Of a stretch of DNA of 64,000 bases, positions 23,182 to 35,710 are shown piece by piece. The stretch is from the NCBI GenBank assembly GCA_963555825.3, contig CAUVXB020000002.1:320001-384000 (forward strand). Direction: 5' to 3'. The stretch's first letter is position 1; each line of letters starts with the position of its first letter. The stretch is from Alphaproteobacteria bacterium (GTDB lineage: Bacteria > Pseudomonadota > Alphaproteobacteria > JAAXGF01). Position numbers and translations under genes: made by a program. The notes beneath the pieces are model-generated. The model did not search any database. It had not been told where the DNA came from and was given only the letters and a program-made list of their open reading frames with translations.

Positions 23182-23239
23182 CGGCCTGATACGCCCGAGC
23201 GCCCGGCTCGAGATCGAGGTCATCGCGGTGCTGCCCTGA
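23182..23239 (+). repeat. duplicate of rid gene 3' end
   Basis: 53/56 identity with 19322-19377 (GLI..SARLEI.VIAVLP). Confidence 0.9.
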
Positions 23240-23834
23240 TCCTTGGTATCAATCCCGCCGGCACACCACCTTGATGCCGGGCTTGAAGGCGATCCTACAC
23301 CGGATGACCTGAATGCCGTGCCCCGCCAAGAGCAGTCTCAGGCTGCCCGGATTGAAATAGACGCAGTGCGATGGCGGGCTGAAGCCGTCCCAGCTCGTCA
23401 GATCGCGAGGCCGGCGCCAATGGCTGATGTCGGGCGTCGTGATGAAGATCACGCCGCCCGGCCGCACCAGCCTGGCAATCGCCGAAACGAAACTATGGAC
23501 ATCGGGGACGTGTTCGATCACTTCCGAGCAGTAGGCGAGATCGAATTGGGGCGCATCGGTCGCGAACGCTTCGACGGTGCCATGATAATAGTGATTTTCC
23601 GGATAGTGCTGCCGCGCATACGCGATCGATACGCCGTCGAGGTCGAGACCGTGGGCCTCGAAGCCGCGCTCTCTGGCCGCTTCGACCATGAAGCCGCCGT
23701 TGCAACCGATATCGAGAAAAGAACCGGCGGCGACGTACCGCGACAGATACCGCATGCGCTCACGCGAACGCCGCAGCTTCCTGTCGACCTTGGCAAAATA
23801 GCCGGTCGCGGCGCCGTCGTAGGCGTCGTGATAG

Positions 23835-25477
23835 CCCGCATTTCCCAAGTATCGTCGATATTCAGTGCGGCGAGAAGGCGATTCTGCTATAAGAATCATG
23901 AAGTTGTAGCATACATGGAGCGGCGGATATGGCACACCCGATGGGTGAATCGAAACCGGGGTGCCTTCGGGTCGTTTTTGACCGTCGATTGAAGCTTGAA
24001 TTCCACGGTTCCAAGATCACCTCTGATGCCGGGTTGCTCGCCTACCGGGAGCTTGACGATGCCCTCGGCCTGACTGAGATGGCCGAGGGTGTTTTCCAGG
24101 ATAGCCGTACCGGCAAGAACGGATGGCACGGCATGACGGGTCAGTTTCGCCAGTCCGTTTTCGGGCGCCTTGGCGGCTATGACGATGTGAACGACGCCGA
24201 CCGTCTGGGACGCGATCCCGCCATGCGCTGGATTGTTGGCGGCAAGGCCATCGAAAGACAGGCCGCTTCCACCAGCCAGATGGGACGCTTCGAGACGGAG
24301 CTATTGGCCACCGACGAGAACGTTGAAGCCTTGGTCGACATGAACGGGGTGTGGATCGACAAGGTTCATGACCGCCATCCGCCGAAGATGATCATTCTCG
24401 ACATGGACAGCAGCGTCAGCCCGACCCATGGCGAACAAGAGGGAACAGCGTACAATGGTCACTTCGGCTGTACCTGCTAGCATCCGCTATTCCTGTTCAA
24501 CCAGTTCGGCGACTTGGAGAGATGTTCCCTGCGCCCCGGTAATGTTCACAGTGCCGACGGATGGCGGAATGTTCTGGAGCCGGTGGTGATGCGCTATAAG
24601 GAAAGGAAGGTGCGGCTGTATTTTCGTGGCGATGCCGCCTTCGCCTCACCGGAGATATACGAATATCTCGAAGCCGAGGGATTACTCTACGTCATCCGCC
24701 TCAAAGCGAACGCGATTCTCCAGCGGAACATTGCCCATCTGCTTACGCGACCTGTCGGTCGCCCGCCCGACCATGTTCGCCGTTTCCACGCCAGCTTCAG
24801 CTATCAGGCCGGATCGTGGAACAAGAAGCGCCGTGTCGTGGCCAAAGTGGAGTGGCACCCCGGCGAGCTGGTTCCTCGCGTCGGTTTCATCGTCACTAAT
24901 CTGTCGCGCCCTACCAAGCGGGTGGTGGCGTTCTATAATCACCGTGGCACGGCGGAGCAGCACATCAAGGAAGGCAAGAACGCCATCAACTGGACCCGTC
25001 TGTCATGTCGCAAGTTCCGCAACAATGCCGTTCGGCTCCAGCTTCACGCCCTGGCCTACAATCTGGGCAACTTCATGAGGACACTGGCTTTGCCGAAGGA
25101 GGTGGAGCACTGGTCGATGACGACGTTGCGCGACAAGCTGGTGAAGATCGGGGCCAAGGTTGTCCGACATGGCCGCTACGTTACGTTCCAATTGGCTGAG
25201 GTGGCGGTGCCGAGGGACCTGTTCCGGAAAATCCTGAGCTTGATTGATGATCTGCGACGAAGACCCGCTCCGGCGTAGGCCGAGGGAATCGACGGCGAGG
25301 AGAAAGCGACAGGAGAGGTGTGTCTGGATGGCGAGAAAAATGACCGAGTGGCCTTCCAAGCGCGGGCCGATTACCAAAATCATGCCATCGGATGGCTGCA
25401 TAGGGGATACAGTTCCCTTGGCGGTGGGAAAGTGGTACGATTTCCACGAATTTGGATGGTATATGGGGAATGTCGGG
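23835..25477 (+). mobile_element. IS1380-family element
   Basis: Ends CCCGCATTTCCC / GGGGAATGTCGGG; (G)ATAG target duplication at 23830-23834 and 25477-25481. Confidence 0.92.
23929..25278 (+). pseudogene. IS1380 transposase with in-frame amber stop
   Basis: ITSDAGLL, LDMDSS, YNGHFGCTC*HPLF (TAG at 24478 where Tyr is expected), RGDAAF, AEQHIKEGK. Confidence 0.9.
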
Positions 25478-25800
25478 ATAGATATCGACGACCTCGTCGG
25501 CCGTCGGCGGCGGGTAAAGGAATACCGTGGCGCAGTGCTCGCAAGCGTAGAGTTCCATGCCCTCGTGCGTGAAGTAGTCGCGGCACTCCATCGTGCGGCA
25601 GACCGGGCAAGCGGGTTCGACGGTCTCGTTGGGCGCCCGGCGGCTCAAGGCGCCACCCGCCGTTCTCCATCTACCAAGGTCATTCGCCATAGTAGGACAG
25701 CGTGAACCGACATTCACGCATCACCTGGGCGACGCGATGCCCGCTGCCGGGACCCGTGGATCGGTGACCGCGAGCGTGCCGACCTGCGTCCCATTATCGA

Positions 25801-26607
25801 TCAGACTGAATTCGAGATGTTCAGCTTCCTGTCATTCGGTGGAATGAACATCTGCTGAAAGGACAGTGGCGCGCCCCGCAGGGTGTGCAACAGGATCTCA
25901 TGCTTGATGGCCGGTGTTTCAGCTGCGCATCCGATGACCTCGGCGATCGCCGGCGGTGGGGTCACAAGCTCGATGTTCTGGGTGAAGCCGAGCGTCGGGC
26001 AGTTGAACCGATCGTGCAAGATCATCCGCAGGTGAAGCTTTTCGAACGTCTCCGGCGCAAAATCGAGAAACGGCCGGAAGCGCGAGCCATCCAGAAAAAA
26101 TTCATTGTAGATGGTAAATTCTCCGGCAACGTCGATATAGCGGACAATGCGGATATAGCTGACCGGTGTGCCTAGGTAGGCCGACCACAGACCCCGCTCA
26201 AATGTCTCCTCGACCGATTTCAGCCTAATATCGAGTGGCAACAGCGATTCGCCGTCATCGGCGATGAACCGGACATGTTTTGGTTCCTGGCCCGGGTCGT
26301 ACGATGTAGCGATCCTCGTACCCTGGCCACGAGTACGCTTGATGATGCCATCGCCCGCCAACCGCCTGAGTGCGATTTGCACAGTCCCAAGGCTGACCGG
26401 AAGAACGGCGGAAATTTCTTTTTCGGTCGGCACGAAATCGCCTGGCCGCCAGTAACCGCTCTCGATCGTCTTGACGAAGGCCTCGCAGCATTTGTCCGCC
26501 TTTCGCCACGGTCTGTCCTTTATCGTGGCATAGGCGTCGGCCAGGGCCTCGAGCCGAATATCCTTGCCAATTCCCGTTTGAATTTCTTCCGTGGCGGTTT
26601 CCGTCAT
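25801..26607 (-). CDS. GntR (HutC-like) regulator
   Basis: PTEKEIS..VSLGTVQIAL..L..RGQGT HTH plus UTRA-like C-terminus. Confidence 0.85.
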   Translation of the reverse strand: MTETATEEIQTGIGKDIRLEALADAYATIKDRPWRKADKCCEAFVKTIESGYWRPGDFVPTEKEISAVLPVSLGTVQIALRRLAGDGIIKRTRGQGTRIATSYDPGQEPKHVRFIADDGESLLPLDIRLKSVEETFERGLWSAYLGTPVSYIRIVRYIDVAGEFTIYNEFFLDGSRFRPFLDFAPETFEKLHLRMILHDRFNCPTLGFTQNIELVTPPPAIAEVIGCAAETPAIKHEILLHTLRGAPLSFQQMFIPPNDRKLNISNSV

Positions 26608-26810
26608 GGCGTGCTCCGCCGCCCGCCTTTCCCCATGCGCCATACAGACATGCCGACCAGGATCAGGAAAACTAGGACGATCGGACTGGTCAGAAAGATC
26701 GTGAAGTCGGACCCGTGCATCAAGATGGACTGGCGCAAGGGCATCTCGAACATCGGCGCCAAAAGCAATCCGATTGGGAGACAAACCATTGGGAATTGCG
26801 TCTCGCGCAT
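26604..26810 (-). pseudogene. C-terminal remnant of a TctA-type tripartite tricarboxylate permease
   Basis: FPMVCLPIGLLLAPMFEMPLRQSILM..GSDFTIFLTSPI resembles the TctA C-terminus; the rest of the gene is absent. Confidence 0.65.
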
Positions 26811-26925
26811 GATGTAACAGAACATCCTCAGCCTCACTTTCGGCATCGATTCGAACCGGTAGGCGATCGAGCTGCCGGGCCTCGGCGGGGTCCGTTTCCC
26901 GTCGCGGAACGCGGCGTGATTCCGC

Positions 26926-27639
26926 TCAGCGCGCCGCGAAGCTTTCGCCCTGGTCGGCCCGGTCGCGCTTATGGCCGGACCAGCTATATTCGAGTTTCCT
27001 GAACCCCCAGAGCATAGTGTAGGTCACGATCAGGTAGAGGATGCCGGCGGTGATATAGATCTCGTAGACCGCGAAGCTGCGGGCGACGATGATTCGCGCC
27101 ACGCCGGTCAGGTCGAGCAGGGTGATGATGCTGACCAGCGAGGTCGACTGGAATAGGAAGATGACCTCGTTGGTGTAGGCTGGCAGGGCCAGGCGGAACG
27201 CCAAGGGCAGGATGATCCGGCGGTAGAGCAGGCTGCGCGACATGCCGCAGGCGCGCGCTGCCTCGACCTCGCCAAAGGGCACGTTCTGAATCGCGCCGCG
27301 CAGGATATAGGCGGTGTAGGCGGCGGTGTTGAGGGTCAGCGACAGCACCGCGCAGAAGTACGGCTCGCGGAAGAAGGTCCACAGCCCGGCGGCTTCGAAG
27401 ACGGCGCGGAACTGGCCGCTGCCGTAGTAGATCAGGAATATCTGCACCAGCAGCGGCGTCCCCCGGAAGTAAAACACATAGGCGCGCACCGGCAGCGAGA
27501 GCAGCGGGTTGCGGGCCAGATAGAGGATCGCCAGCGGCACCGCGAAGCACAACCCGATGACGACGCTGATCGCGGTGAGCTCGATGGTCAGCCAGCCGCC
27601 CTTGAGCAGGCGGGGCATGCTGTCCCAAATGAGTTCCAT
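26926..27639 (-). CDS. polar amino acid ABC permease (HisM/ArtM-like)
   Basis: FRGTPLLVQ, GEVEAARACGMS. Confidence 0.92.
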   Translation of the reverse strand: MELIWDSMPRLLKGGWLTIELTAISVVIGLCFAVPLAILYLARNPLLSLPVRAYVFYFRGTPLLVQIFLIYYGSGQFRAVFEAAGLWTFFREPYFCAVLSLTLNTAAYTAYILRGAIQNVPFGEVEAARACGMSRSLLYRRIILPLAFRLALPAYTNEVIFLFQSTSLVSIITLLDLTGVARIIVARSFAVYEIYITAGILYLIVTYTMLWGFRKLEYSWSGHKRDRADQGESFAAR

Positions 27640-27660
27640 ATCGGCTCGGCCTCCCCCGCC

Positions 27661-28350
27661 TCAGGCCTGGCGGATGCCGCGCGAGGCCCAGGCCTCGGCG
27701 CGCTGCTGCAGCCACATCGAGACGATGGTGATGGCGAGGTACATCAGCGAGGCGGCGAAATAGAAGGTAAAGGGCGTGCGCACGGCGCGCGCCGCGATGT
27801 CGGAGTTGCGCAACAGCTCGGGCAACTGGATGACCGAGATCAGAGCGGTGGCCTTGATCAGCACGATCCAGACGTTGCCCAGACCGGGCAGGGCGAAGCG
27901 CCACATCTGCGGCAGCAACACGCGCCGCGCCACCAGCATCCGGTTCATGCCGATCGCCTGGGCCGCCTCGATCTGGCCCCTGGGTACGGCGAGATAGGCG
28001 CCGCGGAAGACTTCCGTGGCGAAGGCGCCGTAAATGAAGCCGAGCGTTATGAATCCGGCCAGGAAGGGGTTGATGTCGAGGATGATGTCGATGCCGAAGT
28101 TCTCCAGGCTGTCCTGGATCAGGGTCGGCGTGCCATAGTAGACGATCAGGATGAGGATCAGCTCGGGCACGCCGCGGATCACCGTGGTATAGGTGTTCGC
28201 GCTTGCGCGCGCGGCGTTCGACTGGGCCATCTTGCCCCAGGCGCCGACGATGCCGAGAACCAGCGCCAGGCCCATGGCGCAGACCGCCACCGTCAGGGTG
28301 ACCAGCAAGCCGTCCCACAGCATCCAGCCGTAGCCTTGCAGGTCGAGCAT
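27661..28350 (-). CDS. polar amino acid ABC permease (HisQ/ArtQ-like)
   Basis: IRGVPEL, GQIEAAQAIGM, LPGLGN. Confidence 0.92.
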   Translation of the reverse strand: MLDLQGYGWMLWDGLLVTLTVAVCAMGLALVLGIVGAWGKMAQSNAARASANTYTTVIRGVPELILILIVYYGTPTLIQDSLENFGIDIILDINPFLAGFITLGFIYGAFATEVFRGAYLAVPRGQIEAAQAIGMNRMLVARRVLLPQMWRFALPGLGNVWIVLIKATALISVIQLPELLRNSDIAARAVRTPFTFYFAASLMYLAITIVSMWLQQRAEAWASRGIRQA

Positions 28351-28384
28351 CTCTCAGCCTGTCCGAATGAAATTAAACGTCGAA

Positions 28385-28417
28385 GCGCCATGGCCCGTAC
28401 TCGGGCGAGCCATGGCG
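28385..28417. other. intergenic hairpin after the binding-protein gene
   Basis: GCGCCATGGC...GCCATGGCGC inverted repeat; typical mRNA-stabilising position. Confidence 0.5.
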
Positions 28418-28445
28418 CCTCTCGTCGTGTGTACCGTCGCTTCGA

Positions 28446-29216
28446 TCAGTCGCCGAAGACGTCGAAGTCGAAGTATTTGTCGTTGATCTTCTGGTAGGTG
28501 CCGTCGGCGCGGATCTTATTGATCGCCGCGTCCAACTTCATGCGCAGGTCGTCCTCGCCCTTGCGTATGGCGATGCCGGCGCCGACGCCATGCCACTCGG
28601 GCACGTTGTAGTCGGGGCCGACGAACTCGAAACCCTTGCCCAGGTCGGTTTCGAGGAACCCGTCCATGAGCGCCACCGAGTCCGCGTGGCCGAGATCGAC
28701 CCGGCCCGAGGCGAGATCGGCATTGGCTTCGTCCTGGGTCGCGTAGACCCGGATGTCGAGGCCAGCGAAGTTGTCGCGCAGGAAGTTCTCGTGTGTGGTG
28801 GCGCGCTGCACCGCGACGCTCTTGCCGGAGAGGCCTTCGGGCGTGATGGTGTATCCCGCGCCCACCGGGGCCACGAACTTGGCCGGCGTGTTGTAGTACT
28901 TGCCGGTGAAGTCGACCTTCTTCTTGCGCTCCTCGGTGATCGACATCGAGGCGATGATGGCGTCGTATTTCTTGGCCAGCAGCCCGGGGATCATGCCGTC
29001 CCAGTCTTGGACGACGAACTCGCACTGAAGCCCAGCGGCGTCGCACAGCGCGTTGGCGATGTCGATATCGAAGCCGATCAGATTGCCGTCCGAATCGATC
29101 GAGTTGAACGGCGGATAAGCGCCCTCGGTTCCGATGCGCACGGTCTGTGCCGAAACGCCATTGGCCGCGAAAGCGAAGGCGGCCATCGCGATGACCGCGG
29201 TAACAAGCTTCTTCAT
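28446..29216 (-). CDS. Lys/Arg/Orn/His-type ABC substrate-binding protein
   Basis: Signal peptide, GTEGAYPPF, QDWDGMIPGL, SMSITEER. Confidence 0.93.
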   Translation of the reverse strand: MKKLVTAVIAMAAFAFAANGVSAQTVRIGTEGAYPPFNSIDSDGNLIGFDIDIANALCDAAGLQCEFVVQDWDGMIPGLLAKKYDAIIASMSITEERKKKVDFTGKYYNTPAKFVAPVGAGYTITPEGLSGKSVAVQRATTHENFLRDNFAGLDIRVYATQDEANADLASGRVDLGHADSVALMDGFLETDLGKGFEFVGPDYNVPEWHGVGAGIAIRKGEDDLRMKLDAAINKIRADGTYQKINDKYFDFDVFGD

Positions 29217-29291
29217 GGTCCTACTCCCTAGTGGTGTTGTACCTGGTGGTATGGTGGTTATGTCCTGGTTGAACGGCGCCCCGTCTCGCAC

Positions 29292-30068
29292 CTATTGCAG
29301 ATGCGAGGCCAGGAACTGTCTGAAGCGTTCCGATTTCTGTTTGCCGAAGACCTCCCGCGGCGGGCCTTCCTCCTCGATTCGGCCTTCGTGCAGGAAGACG
29401 GCGTGGTTCGAGACCTCGCGCGCGAAGCCGACCTCGTGGGTCACCACGATCATGGTGCGGCCCTCGGCGGCGAGCTGGCGGATGACCCGCAGCACCTCGC
29501 CGACCAGCTCGGGGTCGAGCGCCGAGGTCGGCTCGTCGAACAGCATGACATCGGGCTCCATGGCGAGCGCCCTGGCGATCGCCGCGCGCTGCTGCTGACC
29601 ACCCGAGAGGTGGGCCGGATAGTCGTCGAGCTTGTCGTCGAGGCCAACCTTGGTCAGCACCTCCCTGGCCTTCGCGTTGGCCTCGGCCTTGGGCACCTTT
29701 TGCACGTGGATCGGCGCCTCGATGACGTTCTGCAGCACGGTCATGTGGGACCACAGGTTGAACTGCTGGAACACCATGCCGATGCGCGAGCGGATGCGGT
29801 CGACTTGGTCGTGGTCCTCGGGCGCCGCCTTGCCGGCCTTTTCGTGGGTCATGCGAATCAGCTCGCCACGGACGTAGACCTGGCCCGAATCCGGCGTCTC
29901 GAGCAGATTGATGCAGCGCAGGAAGGTGCTCTTGCCCGAGCCGCTGGAACCCAGCATGGCGATGACGTCGCCCTCATTGGCGGTCAGCGAGACGCCCTTG
30001 AGCACCTCGAGCGCGCCGAAGCTTTTGTGCATATCCTCGACCACGAGCGCGGGCGTCGCCTCGGTCAC
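29292..30068 (-). CDS. polar amino acid ABC ATPase (HisP-like)
   Basis: GSSGSGKST, LSGGQQQR, FDEPTSALDPE. Confidence 0.93.
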   Translation of the reverse strand: MTEATPALVVEDMHKSFGALEVLKGVSLTANEGDVIAMLGSSGSGKSTFLRCINLLETPDSGQVYVRGELIRMTHEKAGKAAPEDHDQVDRIRSRIGMVFQQFNLWSHMTVLQNVIEAPIHVQKVPKAEANAKAREVLTKVGLDDKLDDYPAHLSGGQQQRAAIARALAMEPDVMLFDEPTSALDPELVGEVLRVIRQLAAEGRTMIVVTHEVGFAREVSNHAVFLHEGRIEEEGPPREVFGKQKSERFRQFLASHLQ

Positions 30069-30944
30069 GCCGTTTCCTTCCCGGATGGAACTCGAACGCG
30101 CGACGTTAGAAGCCCCGCGCGTGCGAGGCAACTTGTTTTCCCGCCAGACAAACGAAGGGCCGGCACGCGCTCAGCGCACCGGCCCCAGATGACCATTCGT
30201 AGCCGGACTAGAAGCCGGCTTTGATCTCCTCGAACAGGGTGATGTACTTCTCGCGCACCGCCGGGTCGATCTCCTCGAAGTACTTGCTGCCCTCGATATG
30301 GCTGACCGGGTCGGAGACGCCGAGTTCGGCGAGGCGTTCCTCGGGCACCAGCCCGAATGCCTTCACGTTCGAGTGGCCGTAGCCGTACTCGTTGATCAGG
30401 AAGGCGCCGACCTCGGGTTCCATGGCGGCGTTGAGGTAATCGTAGACTAGGTCCTCGTCGGCCTCGCCGCTAGAGATCAGCGCGAAACCGCAGACCCAGG
30501 TATAGATGCCTTCCTTGGGCTTCATATACTTGACCGGAATGCCTTCCTTCTTGAGCGCCACGTATGCGTCGTTCCAGGCGTAGGACGCGATCAGCTCGCC
30601 CGAGGCGAGCGCTTGCTGGACCGAGGTCTGGTCGGTCCAGTAGTAGCGCAGGAGTTCTCGCTGCTTGCGCAGCATCACGGTGGCGCGCTCGAGCTCCTCG
30701 TCGGTCATGTTGAACGGGTTCTCCGCGCCGATGACCAGACCGACGACACCCATCACGCCGTCGACCGAATCATAGATGCCGAGCCGGCCCTTGTAGCGTT
30801 CGTCGAAGAGGATCATCCATGACTCCTCCTCGATGTACTCGGGATCGACGAGATCGGTGCGGTACAGCACCGACGAGTTGCCCCAATCCCACGGCACGAA
30901 ATAGTTCTTGCCGTCTGGACCGACGCTGCCGGCCAGCGTCTTAA

Positions 30945-32414
30945 CAGCCCGTTGACGAAGTCTTCCCTGGACGAAGTCGGCATGGTCTGATTCTCTGGTG
31001 TCCTGGCCTGAAGGGGGGTTCGCTGATGGCGATGGGACAGCAGAAGGATCGTCAGGGGGACTTGATGGTGAGCTGGTCGGAGATGCCGCGCTCGCCAGGT
31101 CATGTATTTTACGACCGCCTGCAGTTGGTACTGATCGAGGGCGGCTTCGACGGCTTCGCCGAGGCGGTCTGCCAGCCCTATTACGCGGCCAGGATGGGGG
31201 CGCCTTCGGTGCCACCCGGGCGCTACTTCCGTATGCACCTGGTGGGCTACTTCGAGGGTATCGACTCTGAGCGTGGGCTGGAGTGGCGGTGCTCGGATTC
31301 CCTGTCGCTACGGGAGTTCCTGCTGTTGGAGAGGCGGGAACGGGTGCCGGACCATTCCTGGCTGTCACGGACCCGCGCGCGCCTGCCCCATGAAGTCCAC
31401 ACGGCGGTGTTTGACTGGGTCCTGGCGCTGATCGCCGAGGCGGGTCTGGTGAAGGGCGAGCGCATCGGGGTGGATGCCTCGACCATGGAGGCCAACGCGG
31501 CGCTGCGCAACATCGTGCGGAGGGACACGGGCGAGGGTTACCGGGGGATGCTGGAGCGCTTGGCCCAGGAGAGCGGTATCGAGACACCCACGGCTGAGGA
31601 CCTGGCGCGTCTGGACCGCAAGCGCAAGGGCAAGAAGCTCTCGAACCAGGACTGGGTTTCCAGGAGCGACCCCGAGGCCAAGATCGCCAAGATGAAGGAC
31701 GGCACCACGCACCTGGCCTACAAGCCCGAGCACGCGGTGGATCTGGACACCGGCGCGGTGGTGGCGGCGGAGCTGCACCCGGCCGACGAGGGCGATACGA
31801 CAACGCTTCCCAAGACCCTGGCGGCGGCCGAGGCAAACCTCGAGGCGGTGGATGTGGCGCCGACGGCCGAAGATCCGGCCGAATGTGTGACCGATAAGGG
31901 CTACCACTCACGGTTGGTCTTGAAGGCGCTCGACGACGGCCCCTGGAAGAGCCGGATCTCCGAGCCCAAGCAGAAGGGTTTTGCGCGCTGGCACGGAGAT
32001 GATGCGGCTCGCCGGGCGGTCACCAACAACCGGACCCGGCTGTTATCGGGGGTGGCCAGGGAAGCCTTCAAGCTGCGCGCCGAGATCGTCGAGCGCTCCT
32101 TTGCCCACAACCTCGATCGCGGCGGTATGCGCCGGACCTGGCTTCGGGGCCGCGAGAACGTGCACAAGCGATACCTGCTTCACGTCGCCGGCCACAACCT
32201 ATCGTTGCTGATGCGCCAACTCATCGGCGCCGGCACCCCGAAGGAGGCCGTGGCGGGCGGAATTGGCGCCTTGTTCGTGCTTGTTACGCCCGCTGGAGCC
32301 GTCCTGGTCGTTCAGATCGTCCTCATCGTCTCGGAGGATGGCGAAACCGCCTTCGCCGCGATATGCTTCGCCGTGGCGTGAAACCCGGTCAATGACGCCT
32401 TTTTCAACGGGCTG
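30945..32414 (+). mobile_element. IS5/IS1182-like element
   Basis: IRs CAGCCCGTTGA / TCAACGGGCTG; TTAA target duplication at 30941-30944 and 32415-32418. Confidence 0.92.
31026..32381 (+). CDS. IS5/IS1182-like DDE transposase
   Basis: PSVPP..SERGL, VDASTMEANA, DKGY, VERSFA. Confidence 0.92.
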   Translation: MAMGQQKDRQGDLMVSWSEMPRSPGHVFYDRLQLVLIEGGFDGFAEAVCQPYYAARMGAPSVPPGRYFRMHLVGYFEGIDSERGLEWRCSDSLSLREFLLLERRERVPDHSWLSRTRARLPHEVHTAVFDWVLALIAEAGLVKGERIGVDASTMEANAALRNIVRRDTGEGYRGMLERLAQESGIETPTAEDLARLDRKRKGKKLSNQDWVSRSDPEAKIAKMKDGTTHLAYKPEHAVDLDTGAVVAAELHPADEGDTTTLPKTLAAAEANLEAVDVAPTAEDPAECVTDKGYHSRLVLKALDDGPWKSRISEPKQKGFARWHGDDAARRAVTNNRTRLLSGVAREAFKLRAEIVERSFAHNLDRGGMRRTWLRGRENVHKRYLLHVAGHNLSLLMRQLIGAGTPKEAVAGGIGALFVLVTPAGAVLVVQIVLIVSEDGETAFAAICFAVA

Positions 32415-32958
32415 TTAAGGCTGGCGAAGACGTCACCCCAGTGCTCGAGGCGCGAGTTGTCGACCGGCTTGAGCAGGCCGGCGTCGCGCCAGCGCCGCGT
32501 CGAATAGGTGCAGGGATGCGAGATGTCGGCCTGGAAGCCGGCGCGCATCTTCTGCATCGCCTCCTCCTCCTCGCCGAAGAAGCTGAAGGTCGGCGACTCG
32601 CCGTGCTTGTCGATGTAGCCCTGGTGAAACTCGGGCAGCTCGTAGCCCGACCACTCGAACACCATAGGGTGGTTCAGCGCGCCGCGCGCCCATTGCGGCA
32701 CGAGCGGCATGGCGACGGTGGCGAGGCCGACCGACGCCAGCACCCGGTTGAAGGCGCGGCGGTCGAGCTTACCCGCGCAGAGCTTGTCGACGAACTCGTT
32801 CTTTTCCATTGGCTTGGTCATGGCGATCACTCCCTGGATGGACGCGCCCGTGCCAAGCCGCTCCGGCGAAGGCCAGACGCGTCGGTTACCCGGAGTGTGC
32901 CACGATCGGCCGCATCTGCAAAGCGCGCGCGGCGCAGGGCAGCCATGCCGGTCGAGGG

Positions 32959-33738
32959 CTAGATCCCGCTGCCGCGGCCCGCGCCGATGCGCCCCAGCCC
33001 GGGCAGCTTGAGCGCCGGCTCGGTGACGTCGACGCCGAAGGTGAGACCCAGGACATTGATCTCGAGCCCCTCGTCGACGGCGATCATGACGCCGGCCAGG
33101 CCGAACAGCGAGACCTGCCAGCCGGTGCCGCTCGGCGCGCGCGCGAACAGGGCGCCGCCCGGCAGATAGTCCTTGCCGATCGCGGTCGGCGGCAGATCGA
33201 GGCTGAGCTCGGGCACCTGGCGCGCGACATAGGCGATGAAGGTGTTCGAGTTGGGGCCCGGCCAGACGCTGTAGCTGTCGTCGTAGGGATAGGCCTGGGC
33301 GGCGCGCTCGATGCGCTCGATGATCGCGTCGACGCCGTCGCCGCGCAGCTCGGCGATGACCTCGGGCGCGTTGCCGTACCACATGCCGTCGGCCGGGCGG
33401 TTACTGCGACTGACCGCGCCGCCGCCGCGCATGACGTTCCAGCCGATCACCTCGTAGACGGTGAAGGCCGGCGCGTCGGTCGGCTTGACCGCGAACCAGC
33501 TATGCACGCCGAAGGTGGCGCGCCAGCCGAACGCCCGCGCGACGTAGACCTGGACGATCGCCTCGGTCTCGGTCGCCGGGTCGGGCGCGATGCCGATCGA
33601 ATGCCGCGGCGCGGTGCGCCAGTCGTAGTTCTGTCCGAACACGCTCGCGTAACTCCCGATCAGCGGCGCCAAGATGACGGCGGCAACCACGCAGATGATA
33701 CGCCGCGTCTTACGAAAGCGCCTAATCGGCTTCGCCAT
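32959..33738 (-). CDS. DUF3750 family protein
   Basis: WRTA, VHSW, YEVIGW, YSVWPGPNSNTF, LPPTAIGKD; start uncertain. Confidence 0.8.
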   Translation of the reverse strand: MAKPIRRFRKTRRIICVVAAVILAPLIGSYASVFGQNYDWRTAPRHSIGIAPDPATETEAIVQVYVARAFGWRATFGVHSWFAVKPTDAPAFTVYEVIGWNVMRGGGAVSRSNRPADGMWYGNAPEVIAELRGDGVDAIIERIERAAQAYPYDDSYSVWPGPNSNTFIAYVARQVPELSLDLPPTAIGKDYLPGGALFARAPSGTGWQVSLFGLAGVMIAVDEGLEINVLGLTFGVDVTEPALKLPGLGRIGAGRGSGI

Positions 33739-33875
33739 ACGCGCCTCGCCCGTACTATCATTCTCGGCCATCACAGCAATATTGGCGGTCCGGCGCGGCG
33801 GAACAAGCCCTGAAGTGAAAAGTCCGCGCCGGCGGTCTGTACAAGGCGCGACCCGGTTCATAGACTGGCGCGGCC

Positions 33876-34024
33876 GTGACCGAACAATTCTCGACCGCCC
33901 GCTGGCTTGCCGCCTTCGCCGTCTACCGCGATCCGCGCGTCGTCGCCATCCTTTGCCTCGGTTTTTCGAGCGGCCTGCCGCTGCTACAGAAATCTTTGTC
34001 CGCGGCGCGGGACTTGGGGGGTCC

Positions 34025-34028
<4 letters not shown>
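33876..34028 (+). pseudogene. 5' remnant of a second AmpG-like permease
   Basis: Manual translation MTEQFSTARWLAAFAVYRDPRVVAILCLGFSSGLPLLQ...; its TGA overlaps the ATG of the full ampG. Confidence 0.75.
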
Positions 34029-35605
<1,577 letters not shown>

Positions 35606-35710
35606 CTCGCTTACATCGAACCTCGGTGGACGTTCGGCGATTGGTATGAGTCCCGTCGGCGTTGTCAGACGAACGCGATCCGGCCTCCGAAGGCGGCGAG
35701 GCGCTGAGTA

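Larger units (their letters stand above)
23249..25690 (-). pseudogene. class I SAM methyltransferase with N-terminal CxxC zinc ribbon, split by IS1380
   Basis: N-part CPVC..CEHC..PTADEVVDIY (25690-25478) joins in frame to HDAYDG..FLDIGCNGG..EVIEHV (23834-23249). Confidence 0.88.
30208..32821 (-). pseudogene. PotD/PotF-like polyamine-binding protein (twin-Arg signal) split by an IS
   Basis: MTKPMEK..DRRAFNR..FEWSGYE..VFASL joins KTLAGS..PWDWG..PKEG..WVCG once the IS is removed. Confidence 0.88.
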
